This document shows positions 49,223 through 63,242 of a stretch of 64,000 nucleotides of DNA, piece after piece. Each line of letters starts with the position of its first letter. Within the stretch, counting starts at the first letter, position 1. This DNA comes from Chiloscyllium plagiosum. Lineage: Eukaryota. The stretch lies in contig NC_057719.1 in the NCBI RefSeq assembly GCF_004010195.1, positions 49,399,155 through 49,463,154 on the forward strand, read 5' to 3'. The position numbers and the translations under genes are program-made. The notes beneath the pieces are model-generated. The model made no database searches. It saw only the letters and a list, made by a program, of their open reading frames with translations, and was not told the DNA's origin.

Positions 49223-50164
49223 ATCATTCAGATAGTAGTGCATTTAAAAAAAAACAGCAGTTATTGACTGGAACATTGTATTAAAAATAACAACTGGCTA
49301 TAATTACTCACTGAATTAAACATCACAGGAGTTTCTAGAGTCTGCATTTGCACAGTTAAATATGAAAATCAAGAAATTGTGCCCAATTTGCCCTGCTCCT
49401 CCATAATATTCAACAGTGGAAACTCTTGGTCAGATTTGGCATTCAATATAAGGGAGGGCATCTGGTTGTGATGCTTACCAACTAGACAAACATTGCACTT
49501 ACCAGTAAATGTTACGGCTTGTCTATTCAGGTAAAAGAAAAGTTTCACCTCCTGGCACTAAAAATTTACAATTAAAAACAGATAATCTAATTCCTTAATT
49601 ATTAATACCTTTAAAATTAAATTTCTTAACATTTTTCTTCCTATTTAATTTCTCTAAGTCCCACCTTCCTTTCATCTACATTGTTCCATATTCTGAACGT
49701 GATTTGACAGAGAATATTTAATCCAATCTCATACTACTTGGTTTGGAACTTGCACCTCTGAGATTTCTTCACTCTATTTGAAGAACCTATTATTTCTTGA
49801 ACTGTTTAGCCAGATTCCAGACAGTGCTGTGCTTAAAAATTTCTCTGGTAACTGTAAATTGCAACTCAAAATTCCGTGAAAGGTTTTTGGGTAGCTGTAA
49901 GAATGATAAATGGCAAGCTGTGTTCCTTCACTGCTGATCACAAAGTCCAGACCATTTATTTTCAAAATAATTACACCCATTGTCTTTGTATCTAATCCTG
50001 AGGCAATTCTTAATACTAAGCCGCAGCTTTGCACAGAAGGGCATGTTGTCAAATATTTACAGTTTAAGGAGAGAAGGCATTAGCTTAATTTTCTTGAGCA
50101 GTCTTGGGTTGATTTTATCAATTGTTACCTGCAGGTGAGACCTTTAACATCACCCGCAATTACT

Positions 50165-51996
50165 TAGAGTCATAGAGCCATTGAGAACTACAGCATGGAA
50201 ACAGACCCTTTAGTCCAACTCGTCCATGCTGACCAGATATCCTAACCTAATCTAGTCCCATTTGCCAGCACTTGGTCCATATTCCTCTAAACCTTTCCTA
50301 TTCGTCTACCCATCCAGATGCCTTTTAAATGCTGCAATTGTACCAGCCTCCACCACTTCCTCTGGCAGCTCATTCCATACATGCACCACCCTTTGCATGA
50401 AAAAGTTGCCTCTTAGGTCCTTTTTATATCTTTCTCCTCTCACCCTAAACCTATGCCCTCTAGTTCTGGACTCCCCCGGCCCAGGGAAAAGACCTTGTCT
50501 ATTTATCCTATCCATGCCCTTCATGATTTTATAAACCTCTATAAGGTCACCCCTCAGCCTCCGACGCTCTAGGGAAAACAGACCCAGCCTATTCAGCCTC
50601 TCCCTACAGCTCAAGTCCTCCAACCCTGGCAACATCCTTGTAAAGCTTTTCTGAATTCTTTCAAGTGTCACAACATCCTTCTGATAGGAAGGAGACCAGA
50701 ATTGCATGCAATAGTCCAAAAGTGGCCAAACCAATGCTCTATACAGCCGCAACATGACCTCCCAATTCGTGTACTCAATACTCTGACCAATAAAGGAGAG
50801 CATACCAAACGCCTTCTTCACTATTCTGTCTACCTACAACTCTACTTTCAAGGAACTATGAACCTGCACTCCAAAGTCTCTTGTTTCAGCAACAATCCCC
50901 AGGACCTTACCATTAAGTGTGTACATTCTGCTCTGATTTGCTTTTCCAAAATGCAGCACCTCGCATTTATCTAAATTAAACTCCATCTGCCATGTCTCAG
51001 CCCATTGGCCTGTCTGATCAAGATTTCATTGTACTCAGAGATAACCTTCTTCACTGTCCACTACACCTCCAATTTTGGTATCATCTGCAAACTTACTAAC
51101 TATATCTCCTATGTTCACATCCAAATCATTTACATAAATGACGAAAAGCAGTGGACCCAGGACCGATCCTTGTGGCGCACCACTGGTCCCAGGTCTCCAG
51201 TCTGAAAAACAACCCTCCACCACAACCCTCTGTTTACTATCTTTGAGCCAGTTCTGTATCCAAATGGCTAGTTCTTCCTGTATTCCTGTATTCCATGAGA
51301 TGTAACCTTGCTAACCAGTCTCCCATAGGGAACCTTGTCGGATGCCTTACTGAAATCTATATAGATCACGTCCACTGGTCTGCCTTCATCAATCTCTTTG
51401 TTACTTCTTCAAAACCTTCAATCAAGTTCGTGAGACATGACTTCCCACACACAAAGCCTATCCCTAATCAGTCCTTACCTTTCCAAATATTTGTAAATCC
51501 TGTCCCTCAGGATTCCCTCCAACAACTTGCCCACCACCGATGTCAGGCTCACTGGTCTATAGTTCCTTGGATTTTCCCGACCACCTTTCTTAAACAGTGG
51601 CACCACGTTTGCCAACCTCCAGTCTTCCAGCGCCTCACCTGTGTCTATTAATGATACAAATATCTCAGCAAGGGGTACAGCAATCACTTCCCCACCTTTC
51701 CACAGAGTTCTCAGGTACACCTGATCAGGTTCTGGGGATTTATCCAATTTTGTGCATTTAAAGACATCCAGCACCTCCTCCTGTGTAATATTGTCATTTT
51801 TCAAGATGTCACCGTCTATTTCCCCACATTCTATGTCTTGCATGTCATTCTCCACAGTAAAGACTGATGCAAAATACTCTTTTAATATCTCCCCCATCTC
51901 CTGTGGTTCCACACATAGGCTGCCTTGCTGATCTTTAAGGGGCCCGGTTCTCCCCCTAGTTACCCTTTCATCCTCAATGTATTTATAAAAACCCTT
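50165..51996 (-). mobile_element. CR1 LINE, 5'-truncated (RT plus 3' end)
   Basis: [35 protein letters not shown] and LERRRLRGDL in the ORF track. Confidence 0.93.
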
Positions 51997-52084
51997 CTCC
52001 TTCCCAGAAATGATGATGATGCATTAGCAATGACCAATGACAGAGTCATCACAATTGCTTCAAGCCAGGTTTGTATTTGACAGT

Positions 52085-52178
52085 TAGTGCAAACTCCACA
52101 CAGACAGTCGCCTGAGGCTGAAATCGAACCCGGTTCCCTGACGCTGCGGAGTAGCAGTGCTAATCACTGTGCCACCCA
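52085..52178 (-). mobile_element. V-SINE 5' fragment
   Basis: Matches 6211-6308 (TGCAAACTCCACACAGACAGTCGCC..ATCGAACCC..GTGCTAA). Confidence 0.75.
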
Positions 52179-53828
52179 AATTAACTGTTCATCTCCTCAC
52201 TTTTACACCTGATCCCCAGATGTAACAACTATTATAATGTACGGTTCATCAAAGGCAGGGAGTTGGTGACAGTTAATGACCATCCTCTCACAGTAGCCTG
52301 GGCTCTCCAAAGCTCTATCATTTCCCTCCTTACATTTTGAGTTGCTACAGCACCCTGAACCTGTATACCTCAAGACTCTGGACAGAGATTGGACGATCTT
52401 GACTGATTGTGGCAGGACCGACGGGACTTGATGAAGGATGACTCTCTTTAGACTTTGAGATATGGCCTTTTGGTATAAACACATTCAGTGTATTTGCCAT
52501 ATAATCTACTGGCACATGCTGAACATTGATATAATGTGGTGCAGTACAACAACATATCTAGCTCCTTGACTGATCACTGCTGACAAGCATAACAAGCTGC
52601 CTGGTTTGTATCTGCACTAAAAGGCAAGCTAAGACAGAATTACTGTGAGCCTGTAAGTTCTGAATGATACAGCATTGTGAAAAAGGCAAAGCACATCAGG
52701 GGTGCTTGGAGAATCAAACAGGTGCGTGAATGCCAAAAGATTAAGCCAAAAGCCCCGTGATGAACACTGTTCCAATTTATGAGACAGGTGCCTGTCCCTG
52801 CAATGAGGCGTGGCAGCAACTTTGCAATATGAAGGGTAAGTTAGCCTGAAAGTTCAGTATTGGAGTGGTGCATGGTATTCTAAGTAAATGAGAGTGTGGC
52901 ATGTTGATGTGGTGAACCTGGTGCTTGACTGATGCCACCCTCAATGGACACATTGTTGTCCAATGTCGTTGCAGCTCATCACTGTCCCGAGTTGTTGGGG
53001 AGCGATAGACATGATAAAGGCCTGGAGAAATCACCAGTGTTTTTACAGCTGCCAGATAACTGTACACACATTCATGTCAGGAATTGGTGCCATTGAGATT
53101 TTCTCCACAACCTGGGAAAACAACAACTTACCTATAAATGAAATGGAATTAGGTTATGTTGAGATGTTAGTGTATACATATAGGTCCCTCACACTCAATA
53201 ACAGAAGTCTCACCTAACAGTGAGAACTTTGGGTGGTAGATCAAATCTTTTGTACCTCTCTACATCAAGAATCAAATTTTTCCATTCTTACCATATTTTC
53301 TAAACTGGCTTGCCATTGCCTATATTATTCAGATGCTGGGAAACTTCCACCTATGGTTTCCACCATGGATTGCAATAATGTTCTGATCCAATGAATTGTA
53401 AATTTAAGGCATTACCAAAGACAAACACTTTCTTATTCTCTATGTCCAATTTCATCTTCACTTTTCTCAGTGAAAAACTTACATATTAATAATTGTGTCA
53501 TTCAGGACCAGATTAGTGCTGATGAAATTATGCATTCCTGCTATTTCACATTGGAAACCATTCTAATTAAAAATGTTAATCCATAATTATCCCTAAAAGC
53601 ATAGAGTGCTTTCATACTTTTTAACTTTATGATTATTTGCCTTGTCAAGGGTTTCCAGGTAACCCTTCCACCAACCAGCCCTGCACACTGATCCAATGCA
53701 GCATAATTGAATGAATCAGTGATCAAGATAGTCATGGCCTGATTTAAGTTCTCAACAACTATTTTCATGCTATTCATTTTCATTGTTATCGCCATCAGAG
53801 TCATGACAAATATTCAATTCATGGTTTT

Positions 53829-55451
53829 CATAGAGTCATTCATCATGGAAAACAGACCCTTCAGTCCAACTAGTCCATGCCAACGATGTTCCCAAACTAA
53901 ACTGGTCCCATTTGCCTGAATTTGGCCCATATTCCTCCAAACCTTTCCTACTCATGAACTTATCCAAATGTCTTTCAAATATTGTAACTGTACTTGTATC
54001 CATCACTTCCTCTGGCAGTTCAATCCACACATGAACCACTCTCTGTATAAAAAATTGCCCCTTTTTAAAACTTTCTACTCTAACCTTAAAAATATACCCT
54101 ATCGTTTTGAACTCCCCTACCCTAGGGAAAAGATCCTTGCTATTCACCTTATCTATCCCATCATGATTTTATAAATCTCATTAAGGTCAACTTCCAGTGA
54201 GAAAGGTTCAGCCTATCCTTATAATACAAACCCTCCATTCCTGACAACATCCTGATAAACCTTTCCTGAACCATCTTCAAATTAATAATATCCCTCCTGT
54301 AGCAGAGCAACCAGACTTGCACAAAGTACTCGAGAAGAGGCCTCACCAATATTCTGTTCAGACTCAGCACGACGTCTCAACTCCTATACTCAATGTTCTG
54401 AGCAATGAAGGCAAGAGTGCTAAATGCCTTCTTAACAACCCTGTCTACCTGTGATGCAAATTTCAAAGAACTATGTAAATAAACCCCTAGGTCTCTCTAA
54501 TCTACAACACGACCCAGGGTCCTACCATTAACTGTATAAGTCCTGCATTTGTTTGTTTTACATCAATGCAATCCTTGCATTTGTCCAAACTAAACTCCAT
54601 CTGTCACTGCTCAGCTTATTGACCCAATTGATCAAGACCTCTTTATATTCTTAGATAACCTTCCTCACTGTCCACCATGCCACCAATTTTGATATCATCT
54701 GCAAACTTACTAACCTTGCCTCCTATATCCTCATCCAAATCATTTGTATAAATGACAAACAAAAGTGGATCCAGCATTGATCCTTGCGGAACACTGGTGG
54801 TTATAGGCCACCAATCAAAAAAAACAACCCTCCACCACCACCCTCCGTCTCCTTGAGTCAATTTCATATCCAATTGCCAAGCTCACCCTGAATTCCTTGT
54901 GATCTAACTTTACTAATTAGCATACTATCTGGAACCTTGTCAAAGGCTTTCTAAAGTCCAAGTAAACATCTACTGCTCTGTCCATATCAATATTTTTGAT
55001 TACTTCTTCAAAAAAGTCAATCAAGTTTGAAAGACATGATTTTCCTTACAAAAGCTAGGCTGACTATCTCTAATCAGTCTTTGCCTCTGCAGATGCATGG
55101 AAAATCTAATCTTTCAGAATCACCTCGAGCAACCTGCCCACCACCAATGTCAGACTCACAGACTAATAATTTCCAGGCTTCTCCTTATAGCTTTTCTTAA
55201 ATAAAGACACAAAATTAGCCACCCTCCAGTCCTCCAGCACCTCATCCATGGTTATAAATGATACAAATATTTCTGAAGGGGTCCCACAACTTCTTCCCTA
55301 ACTTCCCACGCCGTCCTGGGATACACTTGACCAGGTCCCAGAGATTTATCCAACTTTATGTTTTCTAAGACCTCCAGCACTTCCTCTTCTGTAATGTGAC
55401 CTGTTTTCAAAACACCAATATTTATTTCCATGAGTTCTCTAACCTCCATTT
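53829..55451 (-). mobile_element. CR1 LINE, 5'-truncated
   Basis: [40 protein letters not shown]. Confidence 0.9.
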
Positions 55452-55459
55452 CACCACAG

Positions 55460-55680
55460 ACAACTGACTGTGTGGAGTTTGCACATTCTCCCAGTGTCTG
55501 CATGGGTTTCCTGAGGGTGCTCTGGTTTCCTCCCACAGTTCAAAGATGTACAGGTCAGTGTCCAAATATGTGGAGGCTAGATGGGTTAGCCATGGGAAAG
55601 GCAGGGTTACAGGGATAGGGTGGGAGGTGGATCTGTATGGGATACTTTTGGAGGGTTAGTGTGGACTCAATGGACTGAAG
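55460..55680 (+). mobile_element. V-SINE fragment
   Basis: V-core TGTGTGGAGTTTGCACATTCTCCCAGTGTCTGCATGGGTTTCC. Confidence 0.75.
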
Positions 55681-56319
55681 TTACTTGCATACAGTTCTGA
55701 AATATTGTACCTCTAAACGTTTTAAACATTTTCCTGATAAATACAAAAGCCTCGTTCCATTTTGGTTACAGAAGTAACCCAAGTACATATTTCCACTTCA
55801 TCCTTCCATTGCTCTCTGTAAATTTGTTCACATGGTTCAACTTCCAACAAAAAACTGTTAGCAATCATAGTTAGAGAACTTGTGGCATAATTCAGTTATT
55901 TCACATCAGAAGCTCCCAGAGGCAGTACCTCTGTCAGGAAAAAAAAGTTACTTATCTTCCCACCAGCAGAGATCAAAGTTAATCCTCCGCTACAATGTTG
56001 AACCACAACTTCTCAATTCACTGGAGTAGGAAGCAGGAATCAGTCTATCATCCACAAGTGTTTATCAGGATTTCTCAGTTCTGTATAAACATTAATTTCC
56101 TCTTTCCAACTTACTATGCTTACAGGTTAAAACCAGCTGTTACATCTGTGCTCTAATGAGAATCCCTATTATCTCTTGAACATGTCATAAGAAGTCTATT
56201 CTTTTACAGCATTGTAATTCCAAACATTGGTACATGCTTATCAATACAAGAAAACATTATGAATTATGTATATGTGCATATCTGGGTATGAGTGTATATA
56301 TTCACAGAGATAATAATTC

Positions 56320-56682
56320 ACAGCTACGTCTGGAGTACTGTGAGCAATTTTAGAAAATATAGTATTTCATTGGAGGCAGTATAGAGAAGGTCCACTAAGA
56401 ATGATGTCTGGTATGAAGGGATTGTCTTATGAGTGAAGGTTAAACAGACAAATTCTACTCACTGGAATTTAGAAGAATGAAAGATGATCTCATTGTAACA
56501 GGGTAAATGCTGAAAAGATGGTTCCCCACATGGGAATGTCTCGGACCAGGGGGCATAGTTCCAGAATAAAGGAGCACCAATTTAAGACTGAGATGAGGAG
56601 GAATTTCTTCTCTCAGAGGGTTGTGGGTTTTTGTAACTCCTTGCCATAGAGAACTGTGTTGGCAAAGTCCTTGTGTTTTAAA
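56320..56682 (+). mobile_element. CR1 3' fragment
   Basis: TCTGGAGTACTGTGAGCAATT..TTTAAGACTGAGATGAGGAGGAATTTCTTCTCTCAGAGGG. Confidence 0.75.
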
Positions 56683-56697
56683 GAAAATTGCTTTTCC

Positions 56698-58345
56698 GAA
56701 ATTGCTGGAAAATCCCAGGAGGTCTGGCAGCATCCCGTGGACAGAAATCAGCATCAATATTTTGGGTTGAGTGACCTTTTTTTCAGAACTGATGGTAACT
56801 GGGAAAAAGTTGGTTTTTATGCAGAAGATAAAGGGGGTAAGGAATAAACAATAGGTGCATGTAGAGCCCAAAGGTACAGAATAACAGTTCGACAGGCAAA
56901 GGAATAGATAACGGTCAGCCTAAGAGAATGAATAGCTGCTAATGGGGACTATTCATAGCTAACAATGAGTTGTATGTAATAGCAGACCATGTGCTAACAA
57001 GGCTGGTGTGTGGGGCTTGAAGTAAGGACATGGCAGAAGGTGCCTCAAGCCCTAAAATTGTTAAACTCAGTATTGATTCCAGAAGGGTGTAGAGTTCCCA
57101 AGCAGAAAATGAGGTGCTGTCCTTCCAACTTGTGCTGAACTTTGCTAGAGCACTACAGCTAACCTGGGGCAGGGATGTTGGCCAGGGAACAGGGTGGTGT
57201 GTTGAAGTGGCAGGCAACTGGAAGCTCAGGGTCTACTTTGCGAACAAAAAATGGAAGCAAAATTGATAAACTTTTCTAATTCTGGACGAGAGAGGGAAGC
57301 AGCACCAATTATATTATCAATATACCAGAGAAAGAGTTGTGGGGTAGGGGCTGGAATAGGACTGGAACAAGGAATGCACCCTGTACCCAAAAAGACAGGG
57401 GATAACTGGGGCCCATGCGGGTACACATGGCCACACCTCTGACCTGAAAAAAGTGAGAGCAGTTAAAAGCTAAGTTGTTCAGGGTGAGGACATGCTCAGC
57501 CAGGGGGAGAAAGGTCGTGGTGGGTGGGGATGGTTTAGGCCTTTGTTCCAGGAAGAAGTGGAGAGCCCTGGGACCATCCTGCGGGGGATGGAAGTGTAAA
57601 AGGATTATCTATGGTAATGAGGAGGCGGCTGGAGCCCACAAACTGGAAATTCTGAAACTGACATAAAGCACCAGAAGAATCACTGATAAAAGTGGGAAGG
57701 GACTGGACAAGCAGAGAAAGAAACCGAGTCAAGGTAAGAAGAGATGACTTCTGCGGGGTAGGAGCAGGCAGAAACAAAGGGTCACCAAATTAAATGAGAT
57801 TAGTGACCATTGTGGACAATGGCCTGATGCTCCAAGCTGAGGTCATGGTCCACAGGGAAATAGGGGAAGGAGAGCTGTTGAGGTCAGTTCACCAGACAAA
57901 AACAGCACCACCCTTGTCAGCAGGCTTCATAAGAAAGTCAGGATTAGATCTGAGAGCAAGGAATGCAGTCAGGTCTTGGAGAGATAGGTGGGATTGAGTG
58001 AAGGGGCCAGAGAAATTGAGGTGACCAATGTTATGAAGAGGCCGAGTGCAGGTAAAAGGCCAGAGGGAGTGGTCCAGCTGGATGGAGGGTATAGGAGGTG
58101 GCTGAAGGGGTCTCTGGGATCCTAAAGGAGCCTTTGAGTTGTATCTCTTCGGGCACTATCTCCACCTATCGTTTACTCCTTATCCCTCCCCCACCCTATC
58201 TTCTGCGTAAAAAACAACTTTTTCCTAGCTACCATTAGTCTGAAGAAGGGTCATTGAATCCAAAGTGTTAACTGATTTTTCTCCACCAATGCTGCCAGAC
58301 CAGATGATTTTTTTCCAGAAATTTCTGTTTTTGTTTTTGATTTCC
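56698..58345 (-). mobile_element. Decayed Penelope-like element with inverted terminal repeats
   Basis: Degenerate RT motif LFLWYIDNIIG; GGTACCCGCATGGGCCCCAGTTAT (GTRMGPSY) on the minus strand. 56698-56857 is inverted relative to 58164-58325. Confidence 0.82.
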
Positions 58346-59791
58346 AATATCACAACTCAGATACCTTCCATATCTTCCTCCCCTCCCCTTCCCTCTAACT
58401 TCCCTCTTCCATTGCCTTCACCTCTGTGCCCATTTAATTGGACAAGAGTCCTCCCCTGCCAATGCTGTGTCTTTGGATAACTGAGGAATAATATGTAGAT
58501 GAGTAAAAGAAGGAAAAGACTCCTACGGTTTATTATGGACCAGTTAGTATTGTATTTTGTACTATTGATTTCCAAAGTCTCAATCTTATAGTACAGAGTC
58601 ACTGTATCAGAATGTAGTTTTTACAGCATCCCATCTAAAGAATGGGGCACTAGGGAAATACAAATGATGTTCTTTACATGGAGCTTATGACCTGCTTAAT
58701 CTTTTAATATTTCCAACAATTTATAAACATTTTTGGTCCCTGTCACCTGCACCAATACATAAAATACCAAACATTCTGTCAGAGCTATTGGTTTCATTGC
58801 CATTTCTCTTCTTAAAGTTCTTCTGGAAGTCTATTTCCCACAACAGTATCCTACTGTTTGCATGAGTTTATTCAAATCTAGTGAAACGTAGTGGAACTAA
58901 GACCAAAAGCAATCATTCAACACAAGGTGAGACCCGGCTGACTTTCTACTTGATGGACTTCGTGAACAAGAAGCTCATAAAGAAACTTGATTGAAAGAAG
59001 CCATAAAGTGATATTTAAACTAAACAAGCCTTTTTTATTAGAGAGGTGAATTTCTGGTTGAAAACAATAAATGTCCTGAGTTTTAAGTTTAGGTTCCATT
59101 TTACCACATATACATTGGGAATATAATTTCACATATGTATAAATGTCCACTGACAGGTGCATGGTATCCATTTCTGTGCAGGATAGGCGAGGCTTGTTTG
59201 CTGTGTAACTGAAGAACTAAGCACTGGGTGCAGGTGCCACTTTTGATTCAATCCAGACACCCTCTTCACAGGATCAGCAGCTCAATAGGATAATAGCAGG
59301 AGTGTCCATGAAGCCAACTTAATATCCAAGAAAAAGTACCTGACGTTGGGAGAGGGGAATTAATTTGGTCTCACTAAGGTGCCCTTCAGGAATATTACAA
59401 ATTAGACTGGTTAGTGCGACAAATTCTTTCAATGCACTGGATGTGGTGTCTGCAAGAATTAATTGTTTCTGTTATAGTTAAAGCCATGGTGCACAATGGA
59501 GGGTAAATGTTTCCTCCCTCTGTGGAAGCTTTCTCCTGTGTTAGTTGTTGTCTGTTTCTGTCTTATTCAGAGCACTATAGCAGGTAGTTAGAATTGTTTT
59601 TAGGTTTGATCCTGTTATGACTCATTTCTGGTAATTATATGTATTATATTATTACATGACGTCTTTTAGAGTCATACTGTCATAGGGATGCACAGCACAG
59701 AAACCAACTCTTTGGTCCAACTAGTTCTCGTCGACCAGGTATCCTAAATTAATCTAGACCTATTTGCCAGCACTTGGCCCATAATCCCATT

Positions 59792-60092
59792 GGGTGGCAT
59801 GGTGGCTCAGTGGTTAGCACTGCTGCCTCACATCACCAGGGTCCCAGGTTCGATTCCAGCCTTCAGCAACTTTCTGTGTGGAGTTTGCATATTCTCCCCG
59901 TGTCTACCTGGGTTTCCTCCCACAGTCCAAAGATGTACAGGTCAGGTGAATTGACCATGCTAAATTGCCCATAGTTTTAGGTACATTAGTCAGAGGGAAA
60001 TGGGTCTGGGTGGGTTACTCTTCAAAGGGTTGGTGTGGACTTGTTGGGCCGAAGGGCTTGTTTCCACACTGTAGGGAATCTAATCTAATCTA
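59792..60092 (+). mobile_element. V-SINE (HE1-like) nested in a CR1 tail
   Basis: GGGTGGCATGGTGGCTCAGTGGTTAGCAC (A box), GGTTCGATTCC (B box), V-core and (TCTAA)n tail. Confidence 0.9.
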
Positions 60093-60547
60093 AACCCTTC
60101 CTGTTCCTATACCCATCCGATGCCTTTTAAATGTTGTAATTATACCAGCCTCCACCACTTCCTCTGGCAGCTCATTCCATACACACACTACTTTCTGCAT
60201 GAAAACATTGCCCCTTAGATTCCTTTTAAATCTTTCCCCTCTAGTTGTGGACTCTCCACCCCTGGGAAAAGACCTCGTCTATTTACCTTATCCATGCCCC
60301 TCATGATTTTATAAACCTTTAACATCACCCCTCAGCCTCTGATGCTCCAGGGAAAATAGCTCCAGCCTAATCAGCCTCTCCCTATGGCTCAAACCCTCCA
60401 ATCCTAGCAACACTCTTGTAAATCTTTCCTGAACCCTTTCAAGTTTCACAACATCTTTCCTGTAACAAGGAGATCAGAATTGCACACAGTATTCTAATAA
60501 TGGCCTAACCAATATCCTGTGCAGCTGCAACATGACCTCCCAACTCC

Positions 60548-60776
60548 GAGGCGAAAGTAAGGACTACAGATGCTGGAGATCAGAATCAAGATTAGAGTGG
60601 TGATAGAAAAGCGCAGCAGGTCAGGCGCATCCGAGGAGCGGGAAAATCAATGTTTCGGCAGGAGCCCTTCATCAGGAATCATTCCGGATGAAGGGCTCCT
60701 GCCCAAAATGTCAATTTTGCTGCTCCTCGGATGATGCCTGACCCGATGCGTTTTTCCAGCATCACTCTAATCTTGA
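60548..60776. mobile_element. Penelope-derived palindromic element with TSD
   Basis: Inverted arms of ~100 bp centred near 60678-60682, flanked by CTCCCAACTCC at 60537-60547 and 60777-60787. Confidence 0.85.
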
Positions 60777-63031
60777 CTCCCAACTCCTATGCTCAATGCT
60801 CTGACCAATAAAAGCAGGCATGCCAAATGTATTCTTCACTATTCTATCTACCTACATCTTCACTTTCAAGGAACTATGAACCTGCACTCCAAAGTCTCTG
60901 TTCAGCAACACTCCCCTGGACATTACCATTCAGTGTATTAGTCCTGCCCTGTTTTGCCTTTCCAAAATGCAGCATCTCACATTTATCTAAACTAACCCCA
61001 TCTGCCACTCCTCAGCCCATTGGCCCATCAAGGTACCTTTATACTCTGAGGTAACCTTCTTCACGGTCCACTACACCTCCAATGTTGGTATCATCTTACT
61101 AACCATACCTCCTATGTTCACATCCAAATAATCTACATAAATGATGAAAAGCAGTGGACCCAGCACCGATCCTTGTGGCACACTGTTTAATCAGTGTGAG
61201 TTGCTGAAGGAAATCTTTAGAATGTAATAAAGAATGAAGTGAATGTGTAACTCTGTCCATGAAACTCTCCGTCACCAGAGGTCATGCAAAATGTACCATG
61301 AGCTACTGTGATCCAGCCCTTTATCTTATGAAGAAATGTTCTGTGGAAAGTATCTCCAAAATTTTAAAAGTTCACCAGATAAAACTCTGAAGTTTCATCT
61401 CCTCATCTCTTCCAAGCCACCAGCTTCCATCATTTTAATTATGTGTACAAGTAGGTAACTGTATAAAAATACTCTGTGGAATTATGGGTTTTATAATGAA
61501 CATCCCTACAAAGTAATGAGGATTTTTTTTACACAACAATAGTTGGACCACAGCTATATTTGGAAAGTTGCTGCTATTAAATTAAGTTGTCTAAAACTGC
61601 AATAAGTAAACAGTGAACTGGGATAGCGTCAGGAAGGGACATAAAATCCTTGAGATATGTGATTGTCTCCACTGAAGCAGAGAAGACAGAGGAAATTTAA
61701 TTTCTTCTTATTAAGTATGTTGATAAAAATTAATTACAAAACATTTCATCTGTTGGTGGAATCAGTGGTGAAGGTCCTTCTGTTTAAAATAATTACTGAG
61801 AGTAGGATATTAGGTAAATTTAGAGGTTTGTTAGAGCATGGAACGTTTCACTGCAGGGAGTGGTTGAGGCTGCAGCTTGTAAGGGATGATGCAGAGATAC
61901 AAGGATAGAGTGAGCAGTGGGGTTAGTTTTGAATTTCCTGAGAAAAATGTTGAATATTTTCTAAGAACATTTCTGATATTATAGTGTTTGGCTGGCAGCT
62001 TTTTTTGTAGGATGAGATACGGAACACATAACGAATGATTCTATTAAAACCCAGCAATCTTGCTGAGTCATTTGTTAATGGCTTAATGAAACTCTGAAGA
62101 AATTTAACACACACTAATCGCACTGTTGTATAAAAAGAACATTGTTCCAAATAAAGCAATTTATCAAGGCAAGATGAGATTTAACGTTCTACCTTGCAGG
62201 TAGAGTGAAAATGGCATTTCAGCCTTAATAGCATTGAACTCATTTGGAATATGACAGAGTTAGAATGAGAGAGCAGAGAAAACTAACATCACCATTCACC
62301 TAGCACACAGAGAAAAGTTAGCAATTGCTGAATTCAGAAATTCAATCGAACATCATCAGATTCACATATGATGCTCAAGCTAGGAAAGGACCATTATAAA
62401 TGAACATCAGGCTTTCATTAAGAGCATCTGAAAATTGCATGAGGGTCTACACCTGAAAAGAATACTGTTCAGAAATGAGCATCTCAAAAGGTGGATAGTG
62501 AGGTTGACCAGGATCACTGGGAGAAGACAAGGAATGGGCAAGTAAGTGACATATTTGATGGCTAAAGAAGTACCCCATTGTTAGAGAAATTATCTACTCA
62601 GTACGCTGCTAATTATCAATTTCGTCTGCAGTGTTGCAGAAATAAAAGTGAAAAAACAAAATATCTCTCACATACTCCCAGGGTGTTGAGGTCCATACTC
62701 TATTCTATAATTGTGTTTTACATGGTAGTCCCAAGAAAGGACAGTAAGAGACCTCAAAGCAATAACCATGAAAAATTAGATGGGGAACCCATGTGGGGAA
62801 TGACGTAAGAAAGCCCCTCTGGGACTTTGGGTACTATTACAGGAATGGGGTGTCACCCCCCCCTTTCGAAATGTAATAAAATCATATTATCATCTTCTAA
62901 AATTACTCCATCACACTGCCTGAAGATTGTTTGGGTAGTGGATTCTTAATTCATGAAAAACTTCAATACATATAAAGTGTCCATGAGCTCAGAAAAGGCA
63001 ATGACACTCCCCAGTATTTTTCTAAGCTAAG

Positions 63032-63242
63032 AATCACACAACACCAAGTTATAGTCCAACAGGTTTAATTGGAAGCACACTAGCTTTCGGAGCGATGCTC
63101 CTTTATCAGGTGACAATCACTTGATGAAGAAGCATCGCTCCGAAAGCTAGTGTGCTTCCAATTAAACCTGCTGGACTATAGCCTGGTGTTGTGTGATTTT
63201 TAACTTTGTACACCCCAGCCCAACACTGGCATCTCCAAATCA
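63032..63242. mobile_element. Palindromic Penelope-derived element (same family as 39544)
   Basis: Near-perfect inverted arms of ~80 bp around GACAATC. Each arm carries a hammerhead motif with one core substitution. Confidence 0.8.

Larger units (their letters stand above)
59667..61185 (-). mobile_element. CR1 3' fragment with a nested SINE and a nested Penelope palindrome
   Basis: Collinear with 50165-51185 once the two inserts are removed. Confidence 0.9.

Noticed and set aside
52680..53110. LINE endonuclease relic
   Set aside because: Similarity too faint to call by eye.
45810..61185. Minus-strand bias of CR1 copies implying an unseen host transcript
   Set aside because: Too few copies, and a plus-strand copy occurs at 56320; no exons found.
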